Notes under the pieces: model-generated
What the model saw: the letters and a program-made list of their open reading frames with translations, nothing else
Told to the model about the DNA's origin: nothing
Database searches by the model: none
NCBI GenBank assembly: GCA_026396415.1
Contig: JAPLWX010000004.1
Location: 1-63,176, forward strand
Source of the DNA: Candidatus Micrarchaeota archaeon
GTDB taxonomy: Archaea > Micrarchaeota > Micrarchaeia > Anstonellales > Anstonellaceae
Reading direction: 5' to 3'
DNA length: 63,176 nucleotides
Part shown: piece by piece, positions 17,554 to 26,742 of the stretch
Layout of the letters: every line of letters begins with the position of its first letter
How positions within the stretch are numbered: the stretch's first letter is position 1
Program-made: the position numbers and the translations under genes

Positions 17554-19131
17554 ATGGACGGACAAACAAAACAATTCATCCGCGCCCTCGAATCTTCAGT
17601 CAGGGCCGGGAGCTTGAATGACTCGTCTGAGAAAGGAGGCTGCCTTTTCTTTCGCGTGCTTCCAAAATACCTGATCCCGGTTTGCCGCGCCTGCATGTCA
17701 AATGGGGCGGTTTTTGATTCTGCATTTGTCTCGTCAGCCGACCAGGGCAGGGGGGAGTTCAATGTTTACTATCTCTTCCAGGTTGCAGCCATCCACCGCA
17801 TGGTTGCAGTCACGTCCAGGGGCAGCGCGTTTGACGCCCTTTCCGAAACGGTCAATGCGGCATTATGGGACGAGCGAAAAATCCAGGACCTTACAGGCTT
17901 GCGCCTGGCAGGCATCCCGGATTCCCGCCCCCTCCTGTTCCACCCTGAAAGCGGCTTCCCTGCAACCCACCCCATTGGCGGGATGCCATTCAAGCGCCCC
18001 AAAAACAATGCATACCCCATGATAGGCACCGGCGTGGAGGGGGAATTCGAGGTCGCAGTGGGCCCGGTGCACGCAGGCATAATCGAGCCAGGGCACTTCA
18101 GGTTCCACGTCTTGGGGGAAAAAATAAACAAGATGGAAGTGAGGATGTTTTACCTGCATCGCGGCATTGAAAAGGCGGCAGAAGGCAAGCAGGCAGATGG
18201 CATACTGCCTTTAATAGAGCAGATTTCCGGCGATGAAGCAATCGCCAACTCAGTCGCCTACTGCTCTGCAGTGGAGCAAGCCCTTAAAATACAGGTCCCG
18301 AAGCGCGCAGAGGCCATCCGCGCAATCTGCATGGAGCTGGAGCGCATTTACAGCCATCTTGCAGACCTGGGGGGCATGGCGACCGATGTCGGTTTCACTT
18401 TGCCTGCCTCACGCTTCGCGGTTTTGCGGGAAGACGCCATGAGGCTCAATGCAGAGGTTTCCAAAAGCCGCTTCCTGCACAATCAATGCATCGTGGGAGG
18501 CGTGAGAGCTGACCTTGATTCAGTCAAGACGGCAAAAATCGCAGGCACGCTTGGGCAGATGCTTTATGCGCTTGAGGAGCTGGAGCGCATGGTGTTCACC
18601 TCTTCAACTTTCCTGGACAGGGCATTCCAGGCAGGCACTGTGTCTCGGGGAATTGCCAGGGACCTGTCGCTTGTCGGCCCGCCTGCCCGCGCATGCGGCA
18701 TCCACTCTGACCTGCGGAGAGTGCTTCCGTATTCCGCTTATGCCCAAACCGCAATCAACGAGTCGATTGAAAAGGAAGGAGGGGACGTCCTATCCCGCTT
18801 TCGGGTCAAGCTTGCAGAAATCAATGAGTCTGCCAGGCTGATTTTGCTGCTTGTTTCCAATATGCCACCCGGTACCCTGTGCGATAAGCCATCCGCGCCA
18901 AAGAAGCGCACGGAAGCGGCAGTTGGTGTCGGCTGGGCAGAATCCCCGCGCGGCAGCTGCACCATCCTTGTGGAAATATCCCAAAATGGAGCCATCAAGC
19001 GCCTTGCCTGCCGCTCGGCGTCATTTAGGAACTGGCGTGCGCTTGAAAAAGCAGTGGAAGGCAACATAGTCCCGGATTTCCCTCTCATCAACAAGAGTTT
19101 CAACCTGTCCTATGCAGGGACTGACATGTGA
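17554..19131 (+). CDS. HyfG/NuoCD-like (Ehr) large subunit without NiFe-binding cysteines
   Basis: VGPVHAGIIEPGHFRF, HRGIEK, ELERIYSHL, ESPRG, VPDFPLINKSFNLSY; both CxxC motifs are absent. Confidence 0.9.
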   Translation: MDGQTKQFIRALESSVRAGSLNDSSEKGGCLFFRVLPKYLIPVCRACMSNGAVFDSAFVSSADQGRGEFNVYYLFQVAAIHRMVAVTSRGSAFDALSETVNAALWDERKIQDLTGLRLAGIPDSRPLLFHPESGFPATHPIGGMPFKRPKNNAYPMIGTGVEGEFEVAVGPVHAGIIEPGHFRFHVLGEKINKMEVRMFYLHRGIEKAAEGKQADGILPLIEQISGDEAIANSVAYCSAVEQALKIQVPKRAEAIRAICMELERIYSHLADLGGMATDVGFTLPASRFAVLREDAMRLNAEVSKSRFLHNQCIVGGVRADLDSVKTAKIAGTLGQMLYALEELERMVFTSSTFLDRAFQAGTVSRGIARDLSLVGPPARACGIHSDLRRVLPYSAYAQTAINESIEKEGGDVLSRFRVKLAEINESARLILLLVSNMPPGTLCDKPSAPKKRTEAAVGVGWAESPRGSCTILVEISQNGAIKRLACRSASFRNWRALEKAVEGNIVPDFPLINKSFNLSYAGTDM

Positions 19132-19140
19132 GGAATTGAT

Positions 19141-19692
19141 ATGCTGCTTGAAAACCTTCGTTTCATATTCGACCGCCGCTATACAGACACGTTGTCCTCA
19201 AAATCGGACGACCCTGCGGTGCGGGAAGTCGTGCAACTTCTCAAGCAGAGGGGGCGCTCGCCCTTCGCGCGCTCCATCCATGTCCGCATGGTGGACGCGG
19301 GCTCGCCAAACGACGTGGAACTTGAGGAAGGGCTCATGATGTCGCCCCGCGTGGACGCCGAGCGTTTCGGGGTGCATTTTGTCGCGTCCCCAAGGCACGC
19401 AGACGTTCTTTTGGTGACAGGGCCCGTTGCAAAAAACATGCACATTGCGCTTATCAAAACATACGAGGCAATGGCAGAGCCGCGCGCGGTTGTTGCCGCA
19501 GGCGACGGCGCCTGCCTTGGCTGGGAGGGAAAGGCAAACTACGCGCTTGCGGAAGGAACGGGCAAAGTGCAGGACGTGCTCCATGTTGACGTGGCGGTGC
19601 CTGGCAATCCGCCCACGCCATACCAGCTGCTGGCAGGCATGCTAAAGGCAGGCGCGGCGCTTGCGAAAAAGAGCGAGGAGCACAGAAAGTAG
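19141..19692 (+). CDS. HyfI/NuoB-like small subunit lacking the four Fe-S cysteines
   Basis: DAGSPNDVELE, ERFGVHFVASPRHADVLLVTGPV, AGDGA, VPGNPPTP. Confidence 0.9.
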   Translation: MLLENLRFIFDRRYTDTLSSKSDDPAVREVVQLLKQRGRSPFARSIHVRMVDAGSPNDVELEEGLMMSPRVDAERFGVHFVASPRHADVLLVTGPVAKNMHIALIKTYEAMAEPRAVVAAGDGACLGWEGKANYALAEGTGKVQDVLHVDVAVPGNPPTPYQLLAGMLKAGAALAKKSEEHRK

Positions 19693-19732
19693 AAGGCTTC
19701 TTGGAAGAACTGAGTTAGCGCCTGACACCACT

Positions 19733-20992
19733 CTACTTAATGATATGTTTGTTGGTGTCTTTTATACCATTCTGCAGCCTTGCCATGCCAGCCGCGTTGC
19801 GCAGGTGCGCCGGGGCGATAAGAGCGCCGTTTTCGTCTTTGTAAGAGAGCGGCAACTTGATGTCAAACCATTTGGTGAAGCGGTTGCCCAATGGATCACT
19901 CATTATCCTCGTGTGAGCCATGTCTGCCTGGCGCGCTGTATTGCACATGATTGGCCAGAAATCCAGCCCTAGGTGCTTTATTCCGTAATAATATGCCCCC
20001 ACCTGGTATGCGCCAAGCGGCCGCCTGTGCTGGTCAAGTGAGGCGCTTCCGACTGCAAAGACCTGGTTTGCGGCGTATTGGTCGCCTATGTAATATTCAG
20101 CTGCGGATTTCCTTGCATCCGGAAAATCGGTCATATGGAAACAGCCTATGAGCGGGCTCTGCTTGGCAATCCGGTGTTCATCATCCCTGGGCTTGCCATT
20201 TCCCCTGATTGTTTCATAAACTTCATCCAAGAGGGTGCGGTACTTGTTCCCGTCCACCCTGAGGTATTCGTTGGTGGCGTAATTCTGGATGCCCGCGGTG
20301 ATATGTATGCCCAGATGGCGCAGGACAGGATCGCAGTCGAATGCTGTCCGAAGTTTTTCCTTCTGGTTGTGGGCGTGTATGCTCAAGTCGTAAATGGGCT
20401 TTATCCAGTCCACGATCGAGCCTTCCCTGAAGTTGTAGAAAATCGCCAGGAATTGCTTTATCTTTTCCGGAGAGTTGATCCGGATGCTCTCGCGCACCGA
20501 ATTCTTGAGCGTGAGCAGGGGCTTCCGTTCAAGAAGCTCTTGCTCGATTTCCTTTGCCACAATGTGCGCGCTCATCATGCCGCAATTGATGATCGAATTT
20601 GGGACGACCTCGATGTCGTGCATGCTGTGCCTGCCGCGGTTGGCTTCGTCCTTCAGATGCGCATCGCCATGGGTGTTGACATGGATAAAAAACTCGATTT
20701 TCACTCCTTTCTTGTCGTATTCGTAAAACTGGTTGAGCTTCTGGAAAATTTTCGACTTGATTTCGGCAACGGTGCTTCTTGTCGCAAACGTTCCGGCGAC
20801 TGACAGGCGCTCGACTTCCACGATGATTCCTTTTGCGCGGTAATCCTTCGTCGCCTTATCCATTGCATTGAAGTATGCTTCGGAAATGTCCCGCGCATCG
20901 GAACAGCCAAGGATTATGTGGATCTGGATTTCCCGCACATCTTTCTCGACCGTGGAAATGTTGGAGGCTTGTGACTTTGGTTCATCCATCAT
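19733..20992 (-). CDS. Beta-carbonic-anhydrase-like protein (paralog 2)
   Basis: GCSDAR, THG...NCG, YYGIKHLGL; collinear similarity to 11116-12294. Confidence 0.6.
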   Translation of the reverse strand: MMDEPKSQASNISTVEKDVREIQIHIILGCSDARDISEAYFNAMDKATKDYRAKGIIVEVERLSVAGTFATRSTVAEIKSKIFQKLNQFYEYDKKGVKIEFFIHVNTHGDAHLKDEANRGRHSMHDIEVVPNSIINCGMMSAHIVAKEIEQELLERKPLLTLKNSVRESIRINSPEKIKQFLAIFYNFREGSIVDWIKPIYDLSIHAHNQKEKLRTAFDCDPVLRHLGIHITAGIQNYATNEYLRVDGNKYRTLLDEVYETIRGNGKPRDDEHRIAKQSPLIGCFHMTDFPDARKSAAEYYIGDQYAANQVFAVGSASLDQHRRPLGAYQVGAYYYGIKHLGLDFWPIMCNTARQADMAHTRIMSDPLGNRFTKWFDIKLPLSYKDENGALIAPAHLRNAAGMARLQNGIKDTNKHIIK

Positions 20993-21100
20993 ATCCGCAC
21001 CCCTATCGTTTTTTCTAAGCGCGTATCTTTTTTATCTGTTGTATTTAATTAACAAAAGGGTATTTAAAGCCAGCAGTTTACCTCGATGAGATTCATTGCC

Positions 21101-22873
21101 CTACCAGTCTTCCGCCTTGTTTCTACCCATCCTCTGAAACACCACGAGCGCAAGCATGAGCACGCACCCCAGGAGCGTGAGGCTTGCCATTGCCTGCTGG
21201 TAAGGGACGATGTCCTCGATTGGAATGGCGCCCTGGGAGTATGCCTTGCTATCCTTTGCAACAATGCCTGTTTTCCCATTGGCAAATGCCGCATCTATCT
21301 CGCGCGAGGAGGCGTCAAGCGCTGAAGAGTAGGAAAGTATGCGGTATGCGTCCGACGCTGATGCGAGCTTCTCCTTTGACGCCGCGTCCAGGTAAACCCC
21401 CTGGCCGAAATATATCCTGCCCCAAAGCGAGGTGCGCGTGCCGTTTGCGAGCGCGATGTTTGCGCTTGTGAAGTTCTTGCCGCCCTCCTCGTCCGCGGCC
21501 GCCTGCATGGACCTCGCATATGTCGCCTCGTATATGGCGGCACCGTATGCGCCCTGGTCAAAAGCGCCATGCCCTTTCTGGAGGTGGTCGAGCGAATCGG
21601 CATTCAGGAAAGAGGATGAGTTGATCGCGCCTTCGGCCTCCGACAGGCGCTTGTCCGCGAGCCCCTCAAGCGCAGGCTCGTCTATGGGCGTGCCGCCAAT
21701 GTCGCCAGCCTGCGCCGCAAGCTCGCGGGAGATGCCGCACCAGCCATATGCCAAAAGCAAGTCGCGCAGGGTGGAATATGCTTCCCTGTCGGAGCGCGCG
21801 GATACTGTGTCATTGAGCTTGCTTTGCGCCCAGAGCCTGCGCAGGTCGGCCCCGATTGCCCAGTGGATATTTTCATTGGTCTTTGCCGGGATGGGAAGGG
21901 TGGCAAGGCAGCCTGAGACATCCTCGATGCTGCCGTTTATGTCCACTTCCTTCCCGCCAATCGAGAGGAATTCCGCATCCACTGAAAGGAGGAACGCCGA
22001 GTTTGCGGCCGTGAACGGGTAGCCCATCGATATCTGCCTGCGGTACTTTGACAGCTCGCTTGAGAAATATTCCGCCGATGCGTTGGCAGGGGCGCCCAGC
22101 CCGCCAGATTCCGCAAGCGCACCCGCCACCTTGCTGCCAAGCGCATCCACCAGGCGGGTGGCAACCATGGAAAATCGCGCGGTGCCGGCATCATATTGCA
22201 GGCTTGGCAGGCCGGAGGGCATTGCGTCGCTTTTGGGGGTGAAATCAAACGTGAAGTTTTCGGAATGCGGGGAATACAAAATGCGCTCAGCCTCGGAGAA
22301 GTTCGTCACTTCGATGGCGCGAAAGCCGCCCTTCGAGGAAACAGAGGAGAGCAGCAGGGCCTCGCTGAATTGCATTTTGGGCACGAGGATGTATTTCGCG
22401 CCGCTGTCCTTGGCAGCAAGCGCCTTCTCGATGATGCCGCCCACCTCGCCGACATCCCCTGCCTGGGAGATGGTGCCTGTCATCACCACGTCGTCCCTTA
22501 TCGTCCTGTTGGTAAGCGCCGCCTTTACCGCAATGGACATCGCCCCGCCGGCTGATGGGCCGTCTATCCTGTCGCCCCCGAAGTCGCCGCGCATGGAAAA
22601 GAAGACGTCGCAGCCATTGCGCGGCACATCCGACTGGGAGAATGCGTAATCGGCCGCAGCCTGCTCCGACTCCTGCGTGGAAAAGCCTATCCTCGGGTTT
22701 ATCGAGGTGTATATGGTGCCGTTGCCGGGCCTTGTCTCCACGTGCAATGTGAATATTCCCCCCTGGTTCTCGCTCACCACCGCAGCCATGGAAATCTCGC
22801 GGGATTCCGAGGGGCAGATGGCAAATGCTAGGGAAGAGAGTATAATGAAGGCAATCAAGGCACGGCGGAACAT
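21101..22873 (-). CDS. Secreted/membrane-anchored Lon-like (S16) serine protease
   Basis: Signal peptide, DGPSAG, MTGTI...VGGIIEK Ser-Lys dyad, C-terminal TM. Confidence 0.88.
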   Translation of the reverse strand: MFRRALIAFIILSSLAFAICPSESREISMAAVVSENQGGIFTLHVETRPGNGTIYTSINPRIGFSTQESEQAAADYAFSQSDVPRNGCDVFFSMRGDFGGDRIDGPSAGGAMSIAVKAALTNRTIRDDVVMTGTISQAGDVGEVGGIIEKALAAKDSGAKYILVPKMQFSEALLLSSVSSKGGFRAIEVTNFSEAERILYSPHSENFTFDFTPKSDAMPSGLPSLQYDAGTARFSMVATRLVDALGSKVAGALAESGGLGAPANASAEYFSSELSKYRRQISMGYPFTAANSAFLLSVDAEFLSIGGKEVDINGSIEDVSGCLATLPIPAKTNENIHWAIGADLRRLWAQSKLNDTVSARSDREAYSTLRDLLLAYGWCGISRELAAQAGDIGGTPIDEPALEGLADKRLSEAEGAINSSSFLNADSLDHLQKGHGAFDQGAYGAAIYEATYARSMQAAADEEGGKNFTSANIALANGTRTSLWGRIYFGQGVYLDAASKEKLASASDAYRILSYSSALDASSREIDAAFANGKTGIVAKDSKAYSQGAIPIEDIVPYQQAMASLTLLGCVLMLALVVFQRMGRNKAEDW

Positions 22874-22919
22874 AGCATCACGACGTATGAAATCCCAAGG
22901 GAAAGCCTATAAAAGCAGC

Positions 22920-23978
22920 CTATACCTGGCCCAGTAGCTCCTTGTGTGCCTCGAAGTATTTTCGCGAGGGCGCAAGCATTTCCGCAAGCGCGGATGCCGT
23001 TGCGTTCTTCAGGTCCATGGGGTGCAGCCTGCCAGCCACGTATGCGTCGCGAAGCTCGGCATACGCCGCGAACTCCGTATCGCCGCCGAACTTTGCAGGG
23101 CGCGTTATTTTCAGGGGCGCACCATTGCGCATGAGGAACACTTCGCACATCTCAAGCACAGGGTTGCTCTCCGCAGCCTTCTCAGGGCAGTAGGCGGATT
23201 TAACCTTGCGCGCGATTTCCGCCTCGGAATCATGTATGAATATGCACGAGTCGGGCTTGCTCTTGCTCATTTTTGACGAGATTGCAAGGTCGTCCGCGGC
23301 GTTCTCCTCGAAGCCCATCTTCTGCGGCCCCTGCAGGCCCATGAGGAGCGAGTGGTGCAGCGCCACTGCCTTCTTTCTCTTGTGCTTTTCCGCAGCCTCG
23401 CGCGCGAGCATGTGGACCTTGCGCTGGTCCATGCCTGCGTGCGCAATGTCGACGTCGAGCATGAAAATGTCAGCCACCTGCATGGCAGGGTAGAGAACGG
23501 ACGCGCAGTCCATCGCCTCCTTCTGAGTCCTGCCCATTATCGTCGTGCAGCGCAGCATCCTCTGCATGGTGGTGTCCTTTGAAATGCGCAGCACGTCGCG
23601 CCAATAATCCGCGCCGTACGCCTCGCTTGCAAGGACATAGTTCACCTTGTCCTCAGTGAGGCCAAGGGAGAGGAACGCGCTCTTGAAGTACCCGCGCGCG
23701 ACAGACTGTATCTTTTCCAGGTCGCCGCCAAGCTTTCCGTTTATCCAGGCATGGTAGTCTGCAAGGAAAATGGTGGGCTTGATGCCTGCAGAGATGAAAT
23801 CCTTGAGCAAAAGCGAGGTGAGCAGCCCGCTCCCGAGGTGCACTTTTCCGGATATCTCAAACCCGATGTAGTGCTTTGGGTGCTCGTTTGTCTCGAATAG
23901 CGACTTCAGCTCATCGCGCGTCACCACTTCGGCAATCGGCGCGCGGCAGACAAGGTCGATTTTGCTGTCTATGTCCAT
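22920..23978 (-). CDS. tyrS: Tyrosine--tRNA ligase
   Basis: YIGFEISGKVHLG, YPAMQVAD, GMDQRKVH, KMSKS, LHPMDLK. Confidence 0.96.
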   Translation of the reverse strand: MDIDSKIDLVCRAPIAEVVTRDELKSLFETNEHPKHYIGFEISGKVHLGSGLLTSLLLKDFISAGIKPTIFLADYHAWINGKLGGDLEKIQSVARGYFKSAFLSLGLTEDKVNYVLASEAYGADYWRDVLRISKDTTMQRMLRCTTIMGRTQKEAMDCASVLYPAMQVADIFMLDVDIAHAGMDQRKVHMLAREAAEKHKRKKAVALHHSLLMGLQGPQKMGFEENAADDLAISSKMSKSKPDSCIFIHDSEAEIARKVKSAYCPEKAAESNPVLEMCEVFLMRNGAPLKITRPAKFGGDTEFAAYAELRDAYVAGRLHPMDLKNATASALAEMLAPSRKYFEAHKELLGQV

Positions 23979-24028
23979 GGCAGAGATGGGCGGAAGAAGG
24001 ATTAAAACGGTTTGTCTCGAAAGGCGCG

Positions 24029-26107
24029 CTAGCGCAGGTTGGGCTTGGAACCGCATTCCTCTGACTTTTGCAGCGCTTCTTGCGCCTTGCCCTTATCATG
24101 CCTTTCCTTGTGGATATCGGCAGCCATCTTGTAATTGACAGATGCATGCACAAACTTGCCCATGGCGGCATAGGTTTCCGCCCGCTGGAAATACGCATCT
24201 GCGTTCTTGGAGCTGCAAGCGATTGCAGCCGAGAAGTCCGCCAATGCTGCGCCATATTGCTTTAGGGAATATTGGGCAAGCCCGCGCCCATAATATGCCT
24301 CCGGATTGCCAGGAGCCTCCTTTATTGCCATGGAAAAATTATTCTTCGCTGGCTTGAAGTCCTTCGTCCCAATCAGCGCAAAGCCGCAGCCAATGCAAGC
24401 CTCGGCGTACTGGGCTGCTGAGATGTTCTTATAGGAGTCAGACTGGGGGTCTTTGTAGTCCATGGTAACCTGCGAATATGCACGGTGTGCCTCTTTGTAG
24501 TTCTTTTGCAGGTAATAGCATTTGCCAGCCATCATGGCGGCTTCAATGTTCTCATACATTGCTGCGCTGAAATGCTTCGCAGCGAGGTCGTATCTTTTCA
24601 TCTGGTAAAGCGCGCGCCCGCAGCCCACCTGCGCCTTGGCATTGTAATTCTCGGCATCCAGCGCCTTGAGGTAATAGATTGCAGCCTTGGCGGGCCTGCC
24701 CGCTGACATGAACATCTCCGCGCACTTGATGTATTCATCTACCGCGCGGGTGGAGTATCTTTCTTTGGCAACCTTTTCATAGTCCGCGGCAGCCAAGTCA
24801 TATTTTTTAAGCGCGGCATACGCATCGGCCCTGCTTTCATAGATGGAGTAAATGAGGAAGTTGTCCTTGTCAGCCGCCAATGCCTTGGTAAAATCGCCTA
24901 TCGCTTCGTTGTATTTCCCGATTTTGGCTAGTTCTTTCCCCCGGTTCTCAAACAGTGCGCTGGTAAAGCCTGCGGAATTGGACTTGCCTGCCTCAGCCAG
25001 CTTGATTGCGGCGTTGAAATATTCGATTGCCAGGTCGTGCTTGTTTTGCCTTGAGTACAGGTATGCAAAATCCGACTTGACGCCAATGTTGTTTAGGCTG
25101 AGCTTGTCCGCCCTATGGTAGTCAGCTATGGCAAGGTCGTAGTTCCCAAGGCCCCCATACGCTTCCCCGCGCGAAAGATACACGTCCCATACATTGGGAT
25201 AAGCCTCTATGAACTTGCCAAACTCCTCGACTGCCAGGTTATATTTTTTGTCTGTGGAATACGCTTTTCCGCTGAAAAGATAGGCGATTTTCGGGGAAAA
25301 TGGCAGAAGCACGCCAGCCGTCTTGTATTTATCCTCCACAGCAAAGGATTCGTAATATACAGTGGTGGAGACCTCCATTGTGCGCACGTCCCCGGTTGTT
25401 TCTATGTAGAGGGAGTGCGTCCCGACATTGAGAATTGCGTGCCCTGGAAGATAGACTATGTTAGTCTCGATGCCTAATTTTGCCAGCACATCCGCAATTG
25501 CATACGCGCTGGTATCGCAGTCAATGAACCTGCCGGTGCCCACTGCCTTTATCTCCCCGTCCTTGATGAAGACATCGTAGGAAACGCCAGCGCCCTTCTT
25601 CTTCACATGCCCACCTGCCTTGATGGCCGCAAGGTCGGCAGATGAGAGCTCAAAGATTTTCGTTTCATCAGACATGAACTTGCTGGCTTGCGAAGGGATG
25701 TTGAAGCGGAATTCGGCCTTCCTGTCCTTGTCAAAGGCCTCTGATAAGAATACGGTCTCAGAATAGGTGCAGTTGCTCCAAAAGCAGGATGAGACGTCTT
25801 TCCATATGCTGAGAAAGTCGCGGTTGTCATAATCAGGCGACATGCCAAGCCGGCGCCAATCATCTTTCATTCGCACCAATTTGTTATCGTGGACCAGCGC
25901 GTTATAGCAAGTGCTTACAAAATCCTGGTAATGCCGCTTTATCTCGTTGATTTTTGCCTGCGGAAGCCCGCGCGCCTTGCCTTCTATCTCAATCATTTCG
26001 CAGCCGGCCCATCCGTGCCGCTCAGCCATGAAGCCGCCCTTGCGATGCTGCTCGGGCGCCCCTGTTTGCGCGGGTTGGTAGGCTTGCTTCACCTGGAAAA
26101 GAAGCAT
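24029..26107 (-). CDS. Transglutaminase-like domain plus TPR-repeat protein
   Basis: DCDT...PGHA...IETT putative Cys-His-Glu triad; many TPR repeats (AYYGRGLA, AIADY). Confidence 0.75.
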   Translation of the reverse strand: MLLFQVKQAYQPAQTGAPEQHRKGGFMAERHGWAGCEMIEIEGKARGLPQAKINEIKRHYQDFVSTCYNALVHDNKLVRMKDDWRRLGMSPDYDNRDFLSIWKDVSSCFWSNCTYSETVFLSEAFDKDRKAEFRFNIPSQASKFMSDETKIFELSSADLAAIKAGGHVKKKGAGVSYDVFIKDGEIKAVGTGRFIDCDTSAYAIADVLAKLGIETNIVYLPGHAILNVGTHSLYIETTGDVRTMEVSTTVYYESFAVEDKYKTAGVLLPFSPKIAYLFSGKAYSTDKKYNLAVEEFGKFIEAYPNVWDVYLSRGEAYGGLGNYDLAIADYHRADKLSLNNIGVKSDFAYLYSRQNKHDLAIEYFNAAIKLAEAGKSNSAGFTSALFENRGKELAKIGKYNEAIGDFTKALAADKDNFLIYSIYESRADAYAALKKYDLAAADYEKVAKERYSTRAVDEYIKCAEMFMSAGRPAKAAIYYLKALDAENYNAKAQVGCGRALYQMKRYDLAAKHFSAAMYENIEAAMMAGKCYYLQKNYKEAHRAYSQVTMDYKDPQSDSYKNISAAQYAEACIGCGFALIGTKDFKPAKNNFSMAIKEAPGNPEAYYGRGLAQYSLKQYGAALADFSAAIACSSKNADAYFQRAETYAAMGKFVHASVNYKMAADIHKERHDKGKAQEALQKSEECGSKPNLR

Positions 26108-26115
26108 AAGCCCGC

Positions 26116-26727
26116 CTATCCCAGCCTGCAGCTCTGGTTGAAGCTTTCGTCAATCGTTATTTCCGCGTGGTTCTGGAAGAACTTCGTGGAGGGCGCGCCT
26201 GCGCGCACAATGATGTAGGGCGTTCCGCCAAGCTTTTTTTGCACAGTGTCATATGTGAGGATGCTGCTTCCGTTGGACGCGGAATTCGCGGATATGCAGC
26301 CGTTGTCGTCGCACGCGTACGTTGTGATTGTTTTTGGGCCGAACAGCCTGCCGCCCGCAATGTCCACCCCGCACTGGAACACCAGCCTTGATTGCTCCTG
26401 GGCAGTTCCGCGTGCATCCATGAATATCGAGACGTTGCCTGCGCCAAGCACACGCCCGACAAACGTGTCCATGTCGGATGGCGCGTCGGGAGGGGGCATG
26501 AAGAAAACGACGTATGCCGCAAGCGCGACTGCCGCAGCCGCAAGCAGGGCAAAGCCGGCCTGCCGTTCGCGCTCGGCGAGCTTGATGGAAGGGAAGCCCC
26601 CCGTGCCGGAAGCTGCAGGCAAATCCTTCTTTTCGCCCTTGCCTGATGCAGCTGGGGCGGGCTTGCCAGCCAGCGCCTCTCTTTCAGCCTTGCCGGGGAG
26701 GATGGTTTTCTTGTTTTCCTTTTTCAT
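26116..26727 (-). CDS. Hypothetical single-pass membrane protein
   Basis: One TM segment and a Cys-containing extracellular part. Confidence 0.7.
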   Translation of the reverse strand: MKKENKKTILPGKAEREALAGKPAPAASGKGEKKDLPAASGTGGFPSIKLAERERQAGFALLAAAAVALAAYVVFFMPPPDAPSDMDTFVGRVLGAGNVSIFMDARGTAQEQSRLVFQCGVDIAGGRLFGPKTITTYACDDNGCISANSASNGSSILTYDTVQKKLGGTPYIIVRAGAPSTKFFQNHAEITIDESFNQSCRLG

Positions 26728-26742
26728 TTGAAACCCTCATTT

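Noticed and set aside
12456-19692. Functional group 4 [NiFe] hydrogenase or formate hydrogenlyase
   Set aside because: NiFe and Fe-S ligands are absent, and there are no maturation or formate dehydrogenase genes.
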